Counted from the first letter of the stretch, positions 28,904-40,642 are shown. The stretch: 64,000 nt of DNA from an uncultured Acidobacteriaceae bacterium (GCA_963842195.1 CAWJFN010000006.1:6320-70319), one strand, 5' to 3'. Program-made: numbers and translations. Notes: a model not told the origin generated them from the letters alone.

Positions 28904-30997
28904 ATGGCCCGTACTGTCCCGTTAGAAAAAATGCGCAACATCGGCATCATGGCGCACATCGATGCCGGGAAAACGACGACCACCGAGCGCATTCTGTACT
29001 ACACAGGTCGTACGCACAAGATCGGTGAAGTGCACGAAGGCACCGCCACCATGGATTGGATGGCGCAGGAGCAGGAACGCGGCATCACGATCACGTCTGC
29101 GGCGACCACTTGTCAGTGGCACGACATCACCATCAACATCATCGACACCCCGGGGCACGTGGACTTCACGGCCGAGGTGGAGCGTAGCTTGCGCGTGCTC
29201 GACGGCGCTTGCGCGGTGTTCGATGCGGTCGCCGGTGTGCAGCCGCAATCGGAAACGGTTTGGCGGCAGGCCGACAAGTACGGCGTTCCCCGTATCTGCT
29301 TTATCAACAAAATGGACCGCGTAGGAGCCGACTTCTACCGCTCGGTCGAAACCATTGTGGATCGATTGAACGCGCGCCCGGTTCCGATTCAGATTCCGGT
29401 GGGAGCGGAGGATCAGTTCAAGGGTGTGGTCGACCTGGTCACCATGAAAGCGCGGATCTGGCGCGACGAGACACTGGGCGCCGAGTACGACGACGTTGAC
29501 ATTCCGGCCGACCTGTTGACCACCGCGAAAGAGCATCGCGACAAGCTGATTGAGGCGGTCTCTGAAAGCGATGACCTGCTGTTTGAAAAGTACGTCGAAG
29601 GCAAGGCGATTACCGAGCAGGAACTGGTCGCGGGCATTCGCAAAGCCACCATCGCGCAGAAAATCTTCCCGGTAATCTGCGGGTCGTCCTTTAAGAACAA
29701 AGGTGTTCAGAACCTGCTGGACGCCGTATGCGCCTATCTGCCCTCGCCGCTGGATATCCCTCCGGTCAAGGCGCACTCGATTGACAATCCAGAAGAAATT
29801 ATCGAACGCAAGGCGAGTGACGCCGAGCCTTTTGCAGCGCTGGTGTTCAAAATCATGACTGATCCGTTTGTGGGTCAGTTGTGCTTCATCCGTGTCTATT
29901 CGGGCAAGCTTAATACGGGCGATTCGATTTACAACGTCACCAAAGGAAGACGCGAGCGCATCGGACGCCTGGTGAAGATGCACGCCAACAAGCGTGAAGA
30001 GATCCAGGAAGTGCTCGCCGGTGACATCTGCGCCGCGGTTGGCCTGAAGCAGGTGGTGACCGGCGATACCATCTGCGATGACAAGTCGCCCGTGCTGCTC
30101 GAATCCATTACCTTCCCGGCGCCGGTAATTCAGCTCGCGATTGAGCCAAAGACTAAGGCCGACCAGGAAAAGCTCGGTGTGGCGATCCATAAGCTGGCGA
30201 CGGAAGATCCGACTTTGCATGTGGCGACGGATCCCGAAACCGGTCAGACGATTCTATCCGGTATGGGCGAACTGCACCTCGAGATCATCGTCGATCGCAT
30301 GCAGCGCGAATTCAATGTCGGCGCCAATGTCGGAAAGCCGCAGGTCGCCTATCGCGAAACGATCCGCCAGAAGGCCGAGTACGACTATACGCACAAGAAA
30401 CAGACCGGCGGTAGCGGCCAGTATGCGCGCGTAAAGCTCCGAGTCGAGCCGGATCCGGAAAAGGACTTCGAGTTCGAGAACGACGTGACCGGTGGAAACA
30501 TTCCGAAGGAATTCATTCCTGCGGTGCAGAAGGGCGTGGAAGAAGCGCTCGAAGGCGGCATTTTGGCCGGGTATCCGCTGAACAACATCAAGGTGACGGT
30601 GTTCGACGGCGCTTATCACGAGGTCGACTCCTCGGAAATGGCGTTCAAGATCTGCAGCTCGATTTGCTTCAAGGAAGCAGCGGCGAAGGCCAAGCCGGTG
30701 CTGCTCGAGCCGGTGATGCGGGTTGAAGTGACGGTTCCGGAAGAGTATATGGGCTCTGTAAACGGCGATCTGATCTCGCGGCGCGGACGCCTGGAGGGAA
30801 CCGAGATTGCGGGCGGCACGCACATCATCAAAGCGATGGTCCCGCTCTCGGAGATGTTCGGTTACGCAACTGAGCTGAGGTCGAGAACCCAGGGACGCGG
30901 CAGTTTCACCATGCACTTCGGGCAGTACGAAGAGGTCCCGAGGAACCTGGCTGAAGAAATTATTAACCGAAACAAAGGCGGAGTAGCCACCAAGTAG
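28904..30997 (+). CDS. fusA: elongation factor G
   Basis: [33 protein letters not shown]; 697 aa. Confidence 0.98.
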   Translation: MARTVPLEKMRNIGIMAHIDAGKTTTTERILYYTGRTHKIGEVHEGTATMDWMAQEQERGITITSAATTCQWHDITINIIDTPGHVDFTAEVERSLRVLDGACAVFDAVAGVQPQSETVWRQADKYGVPRICFINKMDRVGADFYRSVETIVDRLNARPVPIQIPVGAEDQFKGVVDLVTMKARIWRDETLGAEYDDVDIPADLLTTAKEHRDKLIEAVSESDDLLFEKYVEGKAITEQELVAGIRKATIAQKIFPVICGSSFKNKGVQNLLDAVCAYLPSPLDIPPVKAHSIDNPEEIIERKASDAEPFAALVFKIMTDPFVGQLCFIRVYSGKLNTGDSIYNVTKGRRERIGRLVKMHANKREEIQEVLAGDICAAVGLKQVVTGDTICDDKSPVLLESITFPAPVIQLAIEPKTKADQEKLGVAIHKLATEDPTLHVATDPETGQTILSGMGELHLEIIVDRMQREFNVGANVGKPQVAYRETIRQKAEYDYTHKKQTGGSGQYARVKLRVEPDPEKDFEFENDVTGGNIPKEFIPAVQKGVEEALEGGILAGYPLNNIKVTVFDGAYHEVDSSEMAFKICSSICFKEAAAKAKPVLLEPVMRVEVTVPEEYMGSVNGDLISRRGRLEGTEIAGGTHIIKAMVPLSEMFGYATELRSRTQGRGSFTMHFGQYEEVPRNLAEEIINRNKGGVATK

Positions 30998-31021
30998 GGA
31001 ACAGATAAGAGGGTAGGATCA

Positions 31022-32209
<1,188 letters not shown>

Positions 32210-32286
32210 GGCCGAAGGCACATGCATGAGAAACGCTGGACGGATTATCCGGCGTTTCGAGGTGAAACAAACCATAAAGAAGAAAA

Positions 32287-32604
32287 ATGAAAGAACGCAT
32301 CCGCATCCGGCTGAAGGCTTACGACCATCGCATTCTTGACCAGTCCACGGGAGACATCGTAGATACGGCCAAACGCACCGGAGCTACTGTTGCCGGACCG
32401 ATCCCGCTGCCGACATTGAAGAACCGCTACACGGTTCTGCGCTCCCCGCACGTCGATAAGAAATCGCGCGAGCAGTTTGAGATACGCACTCACAAGCGTC
32501 TGCTCGACATCTTGGAGCCGACGCAGGAAACAGTGGATGCCTTGATGAAGCTCGATTTACCGGCTGGTGTGGACGTGGAGATCAAGGCGTTCGGAAAGAA
32601 GTAG
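32287..32604 (+). CDS. rpsJ: 30S ribosomal protein S10
   Basis: [16 protein letters not shown]...[16 protein letters not shown]. Confidence 0.97.
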   Translation: MKERIRIRLKAYDHRILDQSTGDIVDTAKRTGATVAGPIPLPTLKNRYTVLRSPHVDKKSREQFEIRTHKRLLDILEPTQETVDALMKLDLPAGVDVEIKAFGKK

Positions 32605-32631
32605 CAGGACAGCCCATATAAGGAATCAGGC

Positions 32632-33261
32632 ATGAGTCCAGGAATTCTTGGCAAAAAACTCGGAATGACGCAGGTGTTTAATGCAGAGGGCCAGGTGGTA
32701 CCGGTCACGCTCGTGAAAGCTGGTCCGTGCGTGGTTACACAGCGGAAAACACCCGCCACGGACGGCTACGATGCGGTGCAATTGGGGCTCGTTGAGTATG
32801 CGAAGAAGCAGAACAAACCGGCGGCGGGACACCTGAAGAAGTCAGGCGCCGATGGAGTGCGCTATCTGCGCGAGTTCCGATTGCTGGGACAAGGCGCGGG
32901 CGATCTGAAGCCGGGCGATCGGGTACTCGCCGAAGAGTTCAAGCCGAAAGATGTCGTCGATGTGATCGGGACCAGCAAGGGCCGCGGCTTCGCCGGTCTG
33001 GTGAAGCGCCATCACTTCCGCGGCGGCCCGGCCTCGCACGGATCGATGTTTCACCGCGCTGCCGGATCCATCGGCGCATCGAGTTTTCCCTCGCGCGTGT
33101 TTCCGGGTATGAAAATGGCGGGACGCATGGGAACCGATCAGGTCACCATTCGCAATCTCGAGATCGTCAGCGTGGACACCGACGACAACGTGATCGCGGT
33201 CAAAGGAGCCATCCCTGGGCCAAATGGCGGCTACGTAGTCGTCCAGAGGGCGAAGCGCTAA
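32632..33261 (+). CDS. rplC: 50S ribosomal protein L3
   Basis: GILGKKLGMTQVF...GTSKGRGFAGLVKRHHF. Confidence 0.97.
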   Translation: MSPGILGKKLGMTQVFNAEGQVVPVTLVKAGPCVVTQRKTPATDGYDAVQLGLVEYAKKQNKPAAGHLKKSGADGVRYLREFRLLGQGAGDLKPGDRVLAEEFKPKDVVDVIGTSKGRGFAGLVKRHHFRGGPASHGSMFHRAAGSIGASSFPSRVFPGMKMAGRMGTDQVTIRNLEIVSVDTDDNVIAVKGAIPGPNGGYVVVQRAKR

Positions 33262-33271
33262 GGAAAAGACA

Positions 33272-33895
33272 ATGCCGAGTGTAAACGTAGTGGATCTGAA
33301 CAACGTGCAGGTGGGCTCCATCGAGTTAGCCGATGCTGTGTTCGGTGCCGAAGTGAATGAAGCGCTATTGTATGAGGCGGTTCGGCAGTATACCGCGGCT
33401 CATCGTTCGGGAACGGCTGCCACCAAGACCCGGCACGAAGTTTCGGGATCGGGCAAGAAACTGTGGAAGCAAAAGGGCACCGGGCGCGCGCGTATGGGTT
33501 CTATCCGGTCGCCACTGTGGCGGCATGGTGGGACGGTGCACGGGCCGCAGCCTCGCAGCTACGAATACAAGTTGCCGCGCAAAATGGTGCTTGGCGCTCT
33601 GCGGTCTGCTCTTTCGGCAAAGCTTCGGGACGGCCAACTGAAGGTGGTTCGCGCTTTTGAGCTGGCCGATCACAAGACGAAGAATATGGCGGGCGTGCTC
33701 GGGCGGCTGGAGGCAAAGACCAGCGTGCTGCTGGTCGAGTCCGGTGAGAACGCGAAGCTAAGCCGCGCCTCACACAATTTACCAGGCGTCAAGCTCGTGC
33801 CGACCAAAGACGTGAATGTTTACGACCTGCTGAAGTACCGGCAGGTCTTACTGAGTGAACCGGCGGCAAAGAAGCTTTCGGAGGCGTTGGCGTAA
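33272..33895 (+). CDS. rplD: 50S ribosomal protein L4
   Basis: KQKGTGRARMGSIRSPLWRHGG; S10-operon position. Confidence 0.96.
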   Translation: MPSVNVVDLNNVQVGSIELADAVFGAEVNEALLYEAVRQYTAAHRSGTAATKTRHEVSGSGKKLWKQKGTGRARMGSIRSPLWRHGGTVHGPQPRSYEYKLPRKMVLGALRSALSAKLRDGQLKVVRAFELADHKTKNMAGVLGRLEAKTSVLLVESGENAKLSRASHNLPGVKLVPTKDVNVYDLLKYRQVLLSEPAAKKLSEALA

Positions 33896-34182
33896 TGACT
33901 GTTTACGATGTGATCCGGCGTCCGTTGATTACCGAAAAGGGACACGACAAGCGCGAGAACGAAGCTACGCTGTGCTTTGAAGTCCACCCGGAAGCAAACA
34001 AGATCCAGATCAAGCAGGCGGTCGAGACGGTCTTCCGTGTGAAGGTCGCGGAAGTCCGTACCAGCAACTATGTGGGGAAACTCCGGCGCCGGGGCCGTTT
34101 CACCGGCTATGCGTCGGACTGGAAAAAGGCGTATGTGCGCCTCCGGGCCGGGCAGAAGCTGCCCGAATACGCAGACATTTAA
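33895..34182 (+). CDS. rplW: 50S ribosomal protein L23
   Basis: [11 protein letters not shown]...[17 protein letters not shown]; TAATG overlap with rplD. Confidence 0.96.
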   Translation: MTVYDVIRRPLITEKGHDKRENEATLCFEVHPEANKIQIKQAVETVFRVKVAEVRTSNYVGKLRRRGRFTGYASDWKKAYVRLRAGQKLPEYADI

Positions 34183-34193
34183 GAAGGAAGCCG

Positions 34194-35024
34194 ATGCCCA
34201 TAAAAAGTTTTCGTCCAACCACACCGACGCGGCGCTTCCAGACCTATCTCACGCGTGATGACATCACGAAGGATAGGCCGGAGAAGTCGCTAGTCGAAGG
34301 CAAGAAACGGACCGGCGGGCGCGACGGCAACGGCCAGATCTCCAGCCGCTTCCGTGGAGGCGGCGCCAAGAAGGCCTATCGCCTCATCGATTTCAAACGC
34401 GACAAAACGGGCGTCACGGCCAAGGTCGCCGCTATTGAATACGATCCGAACCGCTCGGCGCGCATCGCTTTGCTGCACTATGTGGATGGCGACAAGCGGT
34501 ACATCATTTGTCCGGTCGGACTGGAAGTCGGCCGCACAGTTACAGCGGGACCGGATGCCGACATTCTGGTCGGCAATGCGCTTCCGTTGAAAAACATTCC
34601 CGCCGGCACCGTGGTGCACAACATCGAACTGAAGCCTGGCAAAGGCGGGCAGATGGCGCGCTCGGCCGGCGCGCAGGCGCAGTTGGTTTCAAAGGAAGGC
34701 GGCATCGCACTGCTGAAGCTGCCTTCGGGCGAAATCCGACGCGTGCAGATTGAGTGCATGGCGACGGTCGGTCAGGTCGGTAACGTTGAGCACGAAAACG
34801 TATCGCTCGGCAAAGCTGGCCGCAACCGCTGGCTCGGAAAGCGCCCGCACAACCGCGGGGTTTCGATGAATCCGGTAGACCACCCGCACGGCGGTGGCGA
34901 AGGCAAAACCTCCGGCGGCCGTCATCCGGTGACGCCGTGGGGTCAACCGACGCGCGGCTTCAAGACGCGAAACAACAAGCGCACTGACAGGTGGATTGTT
35001 ACGAGAAAGGCGAAAAAGCGCTAA
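34194..35024 (+). CDS. rplB: 50S ribosomal protein L2
   Basis: [14 protein letters not shown]...[29 protein letters not shown]. Confidence 0.97.
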   Translation: MPIKSFRPTTPTRRFQTYLTRDDITKDRPEKSLVEGKKRTGGRDGNGQISSRFRGGGAKKAYRLIDFKRDKTGVTAKVAAIEYDPNRSARIALLHYVDGDKRYIICPVGLEVGRTVTAGPDADILVGNALPLKNIPAGTVVHNIELKPGKGGQMARSAGAQAQLVSKEGGIALLKLPSGEIRRVQIECMATVGQVGNVEHENVSLGKAGRNRWLGKRPHNRGVSMNPVDHPHGGGEGKTSGGRHPVTPWGQPTRGFKTRNNKRTDRWIVTRKAKKR

Positions 35025-35046
35025 TGCTGGCGCAAGCGGATTGGGA

Positions 35047-35079
35047 GCGCACAGGGCGTTTGCTGCCCGTTGTGCGCGG
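35047..35079 (+). repeat. palindromic intergenic element, copy B (type copy)
   Basis: gcgcacagggcgtttgctgcccgttgtgcgcgg in the rplB-rpsS spacer. Stem GCGCACA+GGGC / GCCC+(GT)+TGTGCGC. Ends 15 nt before the rpsS ATG. Confidence 0.75.
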
Positions 35080-35093
35080 TTAAGGAATCGCAT

Positions 35094-35375
35094 ATGAGTC
35101 GATCGCTTAAAAAAGGACCGTTCACCGACGATCACCTGGTGAATAAGGTGGGAGATCTGAACGCCAAGAACCAGAAAACGGTAGTCAAGACCTGGTCTCG
35201 CCGTTCGACGATCGTGCCTGACTTCATCGGGCACACGCTCGCGGTACATAATGGCAAGAAGTTCATCCCGGTCTACGTGACCGAGAACATGGTGGGCCAC
35301 AAACTGGGTGAGTTTTCGCCAACGCGGACCTTCAAAGGTCACGCGGCCAAGGCCACCGAAAAGGGCGCAAAGTAA
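35094..35375 (+). CDS. rpsS: 30S ribosomal protein S19
   Basis: [15 protein letters not shown]...[45 protein letters not shown]-track GTG at 35070 rejected because it lies inside repeat B. Confidence 0.96.
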   Translation: MSRSLKKGPFTDDHLVNKVGDLNAKNQKTVVKTWSRRSTIVPDFIGHTLAVHNGKKFIPVYVTENMVGHKLGEFSPTRTFKGHAAKATEKGAK

Positions 35376-35758
35376 TGGCGGCGCAAGCAGCGGTTGCAGG
35401 TGCGGGAGTTGCCAGAGCAGAGGCCCGATACGTCCGGGTTTCGGCGCAAAAGGCGCGTCTGGTCATTGACATGATCCGGGGTCAGAAGGCCGGTGATGCC
35501 ATCAGCATTCTTAGCGCTGTCAACAAACGAATCGCGCCGGCGGTAGAAAAGGTCCTGCGCTCGGCGATTGCGAATGCCGAAAACAAGTCAACCGATATCG
35601 ATGTGGACCGGCTCTATATTGCCGAGGCGTATGTCAATGAAGGACCGCGGCAGAAGCGAATCCGGCCCGCGCCGATGGGCCGCGCCTACCGTTATCAGCG
35701 GCGTACGTCTCACATTTCGCTGACGCTCGCCGAAGCCGAAGAAGAAACAGAGGAATAG
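35375..35758 (+). CDS. rplV: 50S ribosomal protein L22
   Basis: ARYVRVSAQKARLVIDMIRG...; operon position. Confidence 0.95.
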   Translation: MAAQAAVAGAGVARAEARYVRVSAQKARLVIDMIRGQKAGDAISILSAVNKRIAPAVEKVLRSAIANAENKSTDIDVDRLYIAEAYVNEGPRQKRIRPAPMGRAYRYQRRTSHISLTLAEAEEETEE

Positions 35759-35764
35759 GCAGGT

Positions 35765-36679
35765 ATGGGTCAAAAGGTACATCCGTACGGATTCCGCCTG
35801 GGCGTCACCAAAACGTGGCGCTCACGCTGGTTCGCTAAGCAGGACTATTCGCGGCTCCTGCATGAGGACCTGGAACTGCGCGAATCGCTGCAGAACCGGC
35901 TCAAAGCCGCAGGCATCAGTTCGATCGAGGTGGATCGTCCGGGCAATAAGTTGCGGATCACGATTCGCACCTCGCGCCCGGGCATCATCATTGGCCGCAA
36001 AGGCGCCGAGATCGAGAAGTTGAAGAGCGATCTGGCAAAGAAGACCAAACGCGAAGTCTTCATCGATATTCAGGAAGTGCACCGGCCGGAGCTCGATGCG
36101 CAGCTGGTGTCCGAATCAATTGCCTTGCAGCTTGAAAAACGCGTGGCGTTCCGCCGGGCGATGCGTAAGGCCGTCGATTCGGCATTGCGCTTCGGGTGCA
36201 AGGGAATCAAAGTACGCGTTTCAGGGCGTCTGAACGGCGCTGAAATCGCGCGCAGCGAGTGGTATCTGCAAGGCCAGCTTCCGTTGCACACACTGCGCGC
36301 AGACATAGATTACGGCTTTAGTGAAGCCAACACCACCTACGGTGTCATTGGCGTGAAGGTGTGGATTTACAAAGGCGAAGTGCTCGAAGGCTCGGCAAGC
36401 CGCCGCAATTCGCTGCGCAACGAAGGCGAACCGCGCCGGCGACGGCGTGAGGAGCGAGGTCCGGAGCGTGGAGAACGGCGCACTCCCGCGCCCATGCAGG
36501 GAGGTCCCGAGTTGAGCGGCCCTATTGTGCAGCAGGCGCCGGCGGACTTGCCGAAACCGGCAGCATCGCCGGTGATTCCGCCACTATCATCGCCGGTCGC
36601 TCCCTCGTGGAAACAGGAACAGCGGCAGCCCGGTGCTGATACAGCGGCACAAGACGGCACCAAGGAATCGAACGAATAG
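35765..36679 (+). CDS. rpsC: 30S ribosomal protein S3 with a long low-complexity C-terminal extension
   Basis: [13 protein letters not shown]...[14 protein letters not shown]...; 304 aa, of which the last ~85 are an Arg/Glu/Pro-rich tail. Confidence 0.96.
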   Translation: MGQKVHPYGFRLGVTKTWRSRWFAKQDYSRLLHEDLELRESLQNRLKAAGISSIEVDRPGNKLRITIRTSRPGIIIGRKGAEIEKLKSDLAKKTKREVFIDIQEVHRPELDAQLVSESIALQLEKRVAFRRAMRKAVDSALRFGCKGIKVRVSGRLNGAEIARSEWYLQGQLPLHTLRADIDYGFSEANTTYGVIGVKVWIYKGEVLEGSASRRNSLRNEGEPRRRRREERGPERGERRTPAPMQGGPELSGPIVQQAPADLPKPAASPVIPPLSSPVAPSWKQEQRQPGADTAAQDGTKESNE

Positions 36680-36714
36680 CCGTGAAACGGGCTCCGGGGT
36701 GTGCAGATTTGATA

Positions 36715-36777
36715 CGAGTGCAAACGGCCCGGCTGCGCGCCCGTTGCGCGCTTGATTGCGTGCCCGTTTTGCACGAG
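36715..36777 (+). repeat. palindromic intergenic element, composite/nested copy C
   Basis: cgagtgcaaacggcc...gcgcgcccgttgcgcgc...gcgtgcccgttttgcacgag in the rpsC-rplP spacer. Outer arms GTGCAAACGG/CCGTTTTGCAC, inner hairpin GCGCGC-ccgtt-GCGCGC. Confidence 0.6.
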
Positions 36778-36804
36778 TGCTCAGGAAACTAAGGAGAAAA
36801 CGCT

Positions 36805-37239
36805 ATGTTGATGCCGAAGAAAGTAAAATTCCGCAAACAGCAGCGCGGCCGCATGACGGGCAAAGCCTGGCGCGGCTCGACGCTCTCGTTTGGCGACTTC
36901 GGTTTAAAGGCGCTGAGCTGCGGATGGGTTACGAATCGGCAGATTGAAGCCGCGCGTATTGCCATGACGCGCTTTATCAAACGGGGCGGAAAAGTGTGGA
37001 TCCGGGTGTTTCCCGACAAGCCGATTACCAAGAAGCCGCCTGAGACGCGTATGGGTAAGGGTAAGGGTGCGCCGGAAGCCTGGGTCGCGGTGGTTAAACC
37101 GGGTAAGGTGCTGTTCGAAATGGAAGGCGTGGCTCCATCGGTTGCGGCCGAAGCGATGCGGCTCGCAGCGATGAAGCTTTCGGTGCCGACGAAGTTTGTG
37201 GCGCGCAATCAGCCCGCCGAGACGGCGAAGGTAGGTTAG
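36805..37239 (+). CDS. rplP: 50S ribosomal protein L16
   Basis: [17 protein letters not shown]...[15 protein letters not shown]. Confidence 0.97.
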   Translation: MLMPKKVKFRKQQRGRMTGKAWRGSTLSFGDFGLKALSCGWVTNRQIEAARIAMTRFIKRGGKVWIRVFPDKPITKKPPETRMGKGKGAPEAWVAVVKPGKVLFEMEGVAPSVAAEAMRLAAMKLSVPTKFVARNQPAETAKVG

Positions 37240-37245
37240 CAAGAG

Positions 37246-37482
37246 ATGAAAGCCAATAAGGTTCGCGGTATCGATATGGCCGATCTCGAGCGGCAGGCGC
37301 AGGATTCGGCCGAACAGTTATTCCGGCTGCGTTTTCAGATGGGTATGGGCCAGTTCGAGGGGCTGAAGAAATACCGCGCGCTCAGAAAAGACCGGGCGCG
37401 GATGCTGACGGTTTTGAATGAGAAGCGCGCGGCCGGTGAAGTCCCGGCGCCGCCTCCTGTGGACAAGAAGAGGAAGAAGTAA
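37246..37482 (+). CDS. rpmC: 50S ribosomal protein L29
   Basis: L29-like helical hairpin (LERQAQDSAEQLFRLRFQMGMGQFEGLKKYRALRKDRARMLTVL) and operon position. Confidence 0.93.
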   Translation: MKANKVRGIDMADLERQAQDSAEQLFRLRFQMGMGQFEGLKKYRALRKDRARMLTVLNEKRAAGEVPAPPPVDKKRKK

Positions 37483-37491
37483 AGGATAGCC

Positions 37492-37839
37492 ATGGCGGCA
37501 GAGCAGAGCACACACAAGACCGGGCACAAGAACCAGAAGATTGGTGAGGTCGTTTCAACCAGGATGACCAAGACCATCGTGGTGGAAGTCACGCGCCGTG
37601 TCACGCATCCGGTGTACAAGCGAATCGTAACCAAGCGCAAAAAGTTCTACGCGCACGACGAGCAGCAGACTGCGCACGTGGGCGATGTGGTGCGCATCAT
37701 CGAGTGCCGTCCGCTAAGCCGCCTGAAACGCTGGGAATTGGGTGACGTGCTGCGTAAGGCGGTGCAGGTGGGCGTGGAACATCCGGCGCTGGCAACCAGC
37801 GCGGACACGCGAGAGAAGAAGACGGTCAAGAAGAAGTAA
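37492..37839 (+). CDS. rpsQ: 30S ribosomal protein S17
   Basis: GEVVSTRMTKTIVVEVTRRVTHPVYKRIVTKRKKFYAHDE...GDVVRIIECRPLSRLKRW. Confidence 0.96.
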   Translation: MAAEQSTHKTGHKNQKIGEVVSTRMTKTIVVEVTRRVTHPVYKRIVTKRKKFYAHDEQQTAHVGDVVRIIECRPLSRLKRWELGDVLRKAVQVGVEHPALATSADTREKKTVKKK

Positions 37840-37872
37840 GCGCAACAAAGAACGGGAAGCTAGGAGAAAACC

Positions 37873-38241
37873 ATGATTGGAATGCGAACCATGCTCGAGG
37901 TTGCCGACAACAGCGGCGCGCGCAAGCTGCAATGCATCTTGCCCCGCGGCGGCGATCTGGGACTTCGCGCCGGTCTGGGCGACGTAATCACCGCGAGCGT
38001 TAAGGAAGCGGCGCCCGATTCCGCTATCAAGAAAGGTAAAGTGGTGCGCTGTGTTGTGGTCCGCATGCGCAAGGAGACGCGGCGCAAGGACGGGACCTAT
38101 ATCCGGTTCGATTCCAATGCGGCAGTGCTGATCAATGAAGTCGGCGAGCCGGTTGGCACGCGCGTCTTTGGTCCGGTCGCGCGCGAGCTGCGCGATAAAC
38201 GATTCATGAAGATCGTTTCGCTAGCACCGGAGGTGATTTAG
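37873..38241 (+). CDS. rplN: 50S ribosomal protein L14
   Basis: [22 protein letters not shown]...[12 protein letters not shown]. Confidence 0.97.
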   Translation: MIGMRTMLEVADNSGARKLQCILPRGGDLGLRAGLGDVITASVKEAAPDSAIKKGKVVRCVVVRMRKETRRKDGTYIRFDSNAAVLINEVGEPVGTRVFGPVARELRDKRFMKIVSLAPEVI

Positions 38242-38267
38242 CGATGACCCCGGAGGTGATTTAACAA

Positions 38268-38651
38268 ATGCCGAAAGTAGCATATCAGCGGCGGCAGGCC
38301 AAGGGTGAACTGAAGCCCCTTCGCGTCTCGATCAAAAAGGACGACCTGGTCCGCATCATCGCCGGCCGCGACAAGGGAAAAACGGGCAAGGTTCTTGAAG
38401 TTGATCGCTTCACCCGGAAGGTCACGGTAGAAGGCGTGATGGTGGTAAAACGGCACACGCGGCCGAATCCGTCGAAGCAGATCAAGGGCGGCATCGCGGA
38501 TAAACCCATGCCCATTGATGTTTCGAACGTGATGATCCTCACGGCGGGCGGCATTCCGACGCGCATCGGCTACAAGCTGGAGACCACGGGAGGAAATACG
38601 CGGCGCGTGCGTGTGGCGCGCAAGGGCGGAGAGAGCCTGGACAAGAAGTAG
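38268..38651 (+). CDS. rplX: 50S ribosomal protein L24
   Basis: KOW motif IKKDDLVRIIAGRDKGKTGKVLEV; operon position. Confidence 0.95.
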   Translation: MPKVAYQRRQAKGELKPLRVSIKKDDLVRIIAGRDKGKTGKVLEVDRFTRKVTVEGVMVVKRHTRPNPSKQIKGGIADKPMPIDVSNVMILTAGGIPTRIGYKLETTGGNTRRVRVARKGGESLDKK

Positions 38652-38705
38652 CAGGCAGGAAAGTTGAAGGCCGTTTGGAATCGGCCAAAGGAATTTGAGC
38701 GAAAA

Positions 38706-39389
38706 ATGGCAAAGCAGGCAGACAACAAAGGCGGTCAAGCAAAGCCCCAGGCGGCAGGCGCAAAGAAAACCGATAAGAAGCCGAAGGGTGCCGAGCAACA
38801 GGCAGCACAGAGCGCTGGGCCCGCCGCGCGTCCGAAGAGCGGCGGAGCGCACGCACGTCTGCGCGAGCATTACCAGAAGAGCGTCGTTCCGGCACTGGTG
38901 AAGGAGTTCGCGTACAAAAATCCGATGGCCGTGCCCAAGGTGCAGAAAGTGTCGATCAATATCGGTCTTGGTGAGGCGACCGGCAACAGTAAGCTGATGG
39001 ACGGCGCAGTGAACGAGTTGGCTGCCATCGCGGGCCAGAAACCGGTAGTCACGAAAGCAAAGAAATCGATCGCAGCGTTCAAGCTGCGCGAAGGTATGTC
39101 GATCGGCTGCATGGTGACGCTGCGGGGCGACCGGATGTTTGAGTTTTTGGATCGTCTGATGAATGTTGCTCTGCCGCGCGTGCGCGATTTCCGCGGGGTT
39201 TCGCCTAAGTCGTTCGATGGACGCGGCAATTACACGCTCGGGTTGAAGGATCAATTGATCTTCCCCGAGATCGATTACAACAAGGTGGAAAAGACCAAGG
39301 GCATGAACATCTCGATCACCACCAGCGCAAAGACAGATGCAGAGGGACTGGCGCTTCTGCGCCAGATGGGAATGCCCTTCCGGCAGTAG
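38706..39389 (+). CDS. rplE: 50S ribosomal protein L5 with a Lys/Ala/Gln-rich N-terminal extension
   Basis: Core [42 protein letters not shown]... starts ~48 aa after the ATG at 38706. The ORF track offers an alternative TTG at 38664. Confidence 0.9.
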   Translation: MAKQADNKGGQAKPQAAGAKKTDKKPKGAEQQAAQSAGPAARPKSGGAHARLREHYQKSVVPALVKEFAYKNPMAVPKVQKVSINIGLGEATGNSKLMDGAVNELAAIAGQKPVVTKAKKSIAAFKLREGMSIGCMVTLRGDRMFEFLDRLMNVALPRVRDFRGVSPKSFDGRGNYTLGLKDQLIFPEIDYNKVEKTKGMNISITTSAKTDAEGLALLRQMGMPFRQ

Positions 39390-39414
39390 GATTCCGGGCT
39401 AATAAAGGATATTC

Positions 39415-39639
39415 ATGGCAACGACGGCAAAGATTGCTAAAGAAGACAGGAAGAAAGAAGAGATCGATCGCGCCCGTGCTGCGGGAAAAACGGCGAAATT
39501 CGCGGTGCGGCATCGCAACCGCTGCAAGAACTGTGGGCGTCCTCGTGGATTTCTGCGGAAATTTTCGCTATGCCGGATCTGTTTCCGCAAGTTCGCGCTC
39601 AGTGGGCAGATTCCGGGCGTGACAAAGGCGAGTTGGTAG
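39415..39639 (+). CDS. rpsN: 30S ribosomal protein S14 (zinc-ribbon form)
   Basis: [38 protein letters not shown]; 74 aa. Confidence 0.95.
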   Translation: MATTAKIAKEDRKKEEIDRARAAGKTAKFAVRHRNRCKNCGRPRGFLRKFSLCRICFRKFALSGQIPGVTKASW

Positions 39640-39647
39640 CAGCCGGA

Positions 39648-39678
39648 GCGCAAAGGCGTTGCGTGCCCGTTTTGCGCG
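39648..39678 (+). repeat. palindromic intergenic element, copy D
   Basis: gcgcaaaggcgttgcgtgcccgttttgcgcg in the rpsN-rpsH spacer. The arms GCGCAAA/TTTGCGC differ from copy B (GCGCACA/TGTGCGC) by a compensatory C:G to A:T change. Confidence 0.7.
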
Positions 39679-39697
39679 ACTCAAAGTGGAGAATTAG

Positions 39698-40093
39698 ATG
39701 ACAGCAGACCCCATTGCCGATATGTTGACGCGCGTGCGTAACGCGCTGATCGCACGCCACCCGAAGGTGGACGTGCCCTCGTCGCGGCTCAAAACCGAGA
39801 TTGCACGGATTCTTAAGGATGAGGGCTACATTCTCAATTACAAGTTGACTGAGGAAGGCGCCAAAAAGTACATTCGCCTGTATCTCAAATACACGCCGGC
39901 GAATTTGCCGGTGATCTCGCGTGTGGAGCGCGTGTCCCGTCCGGGATGCCGCGTCTATGTCGGAAGCAAAGAGATCCCACGGATTCTGGGCGGATTGGGT
40001 ATCAATATCCTGACCACTCCAAAGGGCGTCATGACAGGACTCACGGCGCGCAAAGAGGGCGTCGGCGGCGAAGTGCTCTGCCAGATCTGGTAA
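39698..40093 (+). CDS. rpsH: 30S ribosomal protein S8
   Basis: DPIADMLTRVRNA...GINILTTPKGVMT...GGEVLCQIW. Confidence 0.97.
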   Translation: MTADPIADMLTRVRNALIARHPKVDVPSSRLKTEIARILKDEGYILNYKLTEEGAKKYIRLYLKYTPANLPVISRVERVSRPGCRVYVGSKEIPRILGGLGINILTTPKGVMTGLTARKEGVGGEVLCQIW

Positions 40094-40105
40094 GGAACAA
40101 AGATC

Positions 40106-40642
40106 ATGTCACGTGTAGGTAAAAAGCCCATTCCTCTTCCGAAGGGCGTAAAGATCAACATCGGCGAGCAGCTGAACGTGGAGGGCCCGAAGGGCAAGCT
40201 TACGGTGCCCATTCCTGCCGGAATTACTCTGCAGCAGAAGGACGGCACTCTGGAACTGGCTCGCGAGAATGACAGCCTTGCGGCTTTGCACGGCTTGACG
40301 CGAGCGCTCGCGGCAAACGCGGTACAGGGCGTCTCTTCAGGCTTCACGCGCGAGCTCGATGTGGTCGGCACCGGTTATCGTGCCGACGTTAAAGGCAGCG
40401 TAGCAACGTTCACGCTCGGTTATTCACATCCCATCGAATACATCCTGCCTCAGGGCGTGGAGATGAAGGTGGACAAACAGACACACGTGGTGCTCTCCGG
40501 GTACGACCGCCAGATGGTGGGTCATGTCGCGGCTCAAATCCGTGCCCTGCGTCCACCCGATCCGTACAAGAACAAGGGTGTCCGCTACACGGGCGAAGTC
40601 CTGCGTAAGAAGGCGGGCAAGACGGGAGCGGGAGGCAAGTAA
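40106..40642 (+). CDS. rplF: 50S ribosomal protein L6
   Basis: [15 protein letters not shown]...GYSHPIEY...[11 protein letters not shown]. Confidence 0.97.
   Translation: MSRVGKKPIPLPKGVKINIGEQLNVEGPKGKLTVPIPAGITLQQKDGTLELARENDSLAALHGLTRALAANAVQGVSSGFTRELDVVGTGYRADVKGSVATFTLGYSHPIEYILPQGVEMKVDKQTHVVLSGYDRQMVGHVAAQIRALRPPDPYKNKGVRYTGEVLRKKAGKTGAGGK

Noticed and set aside
28922-30220. 432 aa minus-strand ORF.
   Set aside because: It lies entirely antisense to fusA, whose EF-G identity is unambiguous. The composition is Arg/His/Leu-rich and typical of a GC-rich antisense frame, so it is spurious.
38238-39254. 338 aa minus-strand ORF; a similar 261 aa ORF lies at 40585-41370.
   Set aside because: Both are antisense to rplX/rplE and to rplR/rpsE respectively. 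Both are artefacts of codon bias in the ribosomal-protein cluster.
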